Assembly (NCBI GenBank): GCA_000934665.2
Contig: KZ538597.1
Coordinates: 1 to 64,000 of the forward strand
Source: Catajapyx aquilonaris
Taxonomy: Eukaryota
Direction of reading: 5' to 3'
DNA length: 64,000 nt
The translations under genes and the position numbers were made by a program. Numbering within the stretch: the first letter of the stretch is position 1; every line of letters begins with the position of its first letter. Shown here in pieces: positions 63,143 through 64,000 of the stretch. Under the pieces are notes generated by a model. It was given only the letters and a program-made list of their open reading frames with translations, made no database searches and was not told the DNA's origin.

Positions 63143-64000
63143 GACTGAGCCAACTTGTTCCGTATGATCCCGTTTGTTATCCAGTTTTCCGCTTTTCCAG
63201 GAGATTCTACATCCTATCCGAAAATTGAACCCAAATACACCGGACCTTTTTTAAAAAAAAGATAAAAATGACAATGAACCTTCAGGAACGCGTCTAACAG
63301 TTGCCAGGAGATGAGGAAAAACAACTCGCGCCCCTCAATGGGGTTCGGGATGGGGTTCATTTTACACAACGGTTCGGTTTTCCGACTTATTTATACACTT
63401 TTTGTGTCGGTGACCTCCCAGGAGCGGGGTCGTGGACTCTGGTGACGTCGCAAGGTCAGGGGCAGCTGCCTATGGGCAGAAAAGCAGAAAAACATCGCGA
63501 CGGGGGCAGCTGGTTTGAGTGTGGCACAACCCCTTCAAAAACACGGGGACTTATTTCGGAAAATTTTAGCCCGTCCGTTTTAGCTAAGGGTACTGCACAA
63601 AACAGCCAAAACTGACGGAAAAACAAGCCGTGGAAATATTTTTGACAAACAGCCATCCAGCTGGTGGTCTGTTTATGCCTAACTTACAGGAGAAAAATAA
63701 GTCGCACCTTGCTGGCCATCGGACCCAAAAGGGCGGGAAAAAAAATTGGGGAGGAAAGACTGATAAACAAGAGATAAATGGTCAGAGGCAATGACACCTA
63801 CTTCTTCAAATAATATCGTATCATTGCTGGACAGTTTGCGAAAATGTGCCACCTGTTCGATAGGATGGATTCGGCCAACAGTTACCAAGAAAAAAAGTGG
63901 CGGTATCTTGCGTCACTCTGGCTCCCGAAAAAGGAGAGAAGGAAGGGAGTGACACATACATAAAAATCCCGAAAAAAGGGCCAGGGGGTCAAGGCAAAAC

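Noticed and set aside
63688..63759. Possible - strand mini-exon (CAG...GTAAGT) upstream of E74
   Set aside because: The peptide is T-tract-derived, does not resemble the E74A N-terminus, and its phase does not clearly fit.

Overview
Eukaryotic, intron-containing DNA from an arthropod (ecdysone-cascade gene, ~55-70 nt minimal introns); species not identifiable from this window. Four protein-coding genes were reconstructed by reading splice sites. (1) The 5' part of a CCK/sulfakinin-type GPCR on the - strand, with a ~26-kb first intron full of MITEs; it continues off the left edge. (2) A + strand secreted protein with a Nimrod-type CCxGY+NIM/EGF module and two C-type lectin domains, head-to-head with the GPCR. 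(3) TFIIH subunit p34 (GTF2H3/Tfb4) on the - strand, tail-to-tail with the lectin gene and probably using a GC-AG intron. (4) The ecdysone-induced ETS factor E74 (an E74B-like form, 6 coding exons) on the - strand; its introns and upstream DNA are rich in TGACGTCA and FTZ-F1-type motifs. The rest is non-autonomous TIR elements (several nested), Helitron-like fragments, minisatellites and a decayed gag-like zinc-knuckle relic. Most ORFs in the supplied track are spurious. All coordinates were read by eye and no database searches were run.
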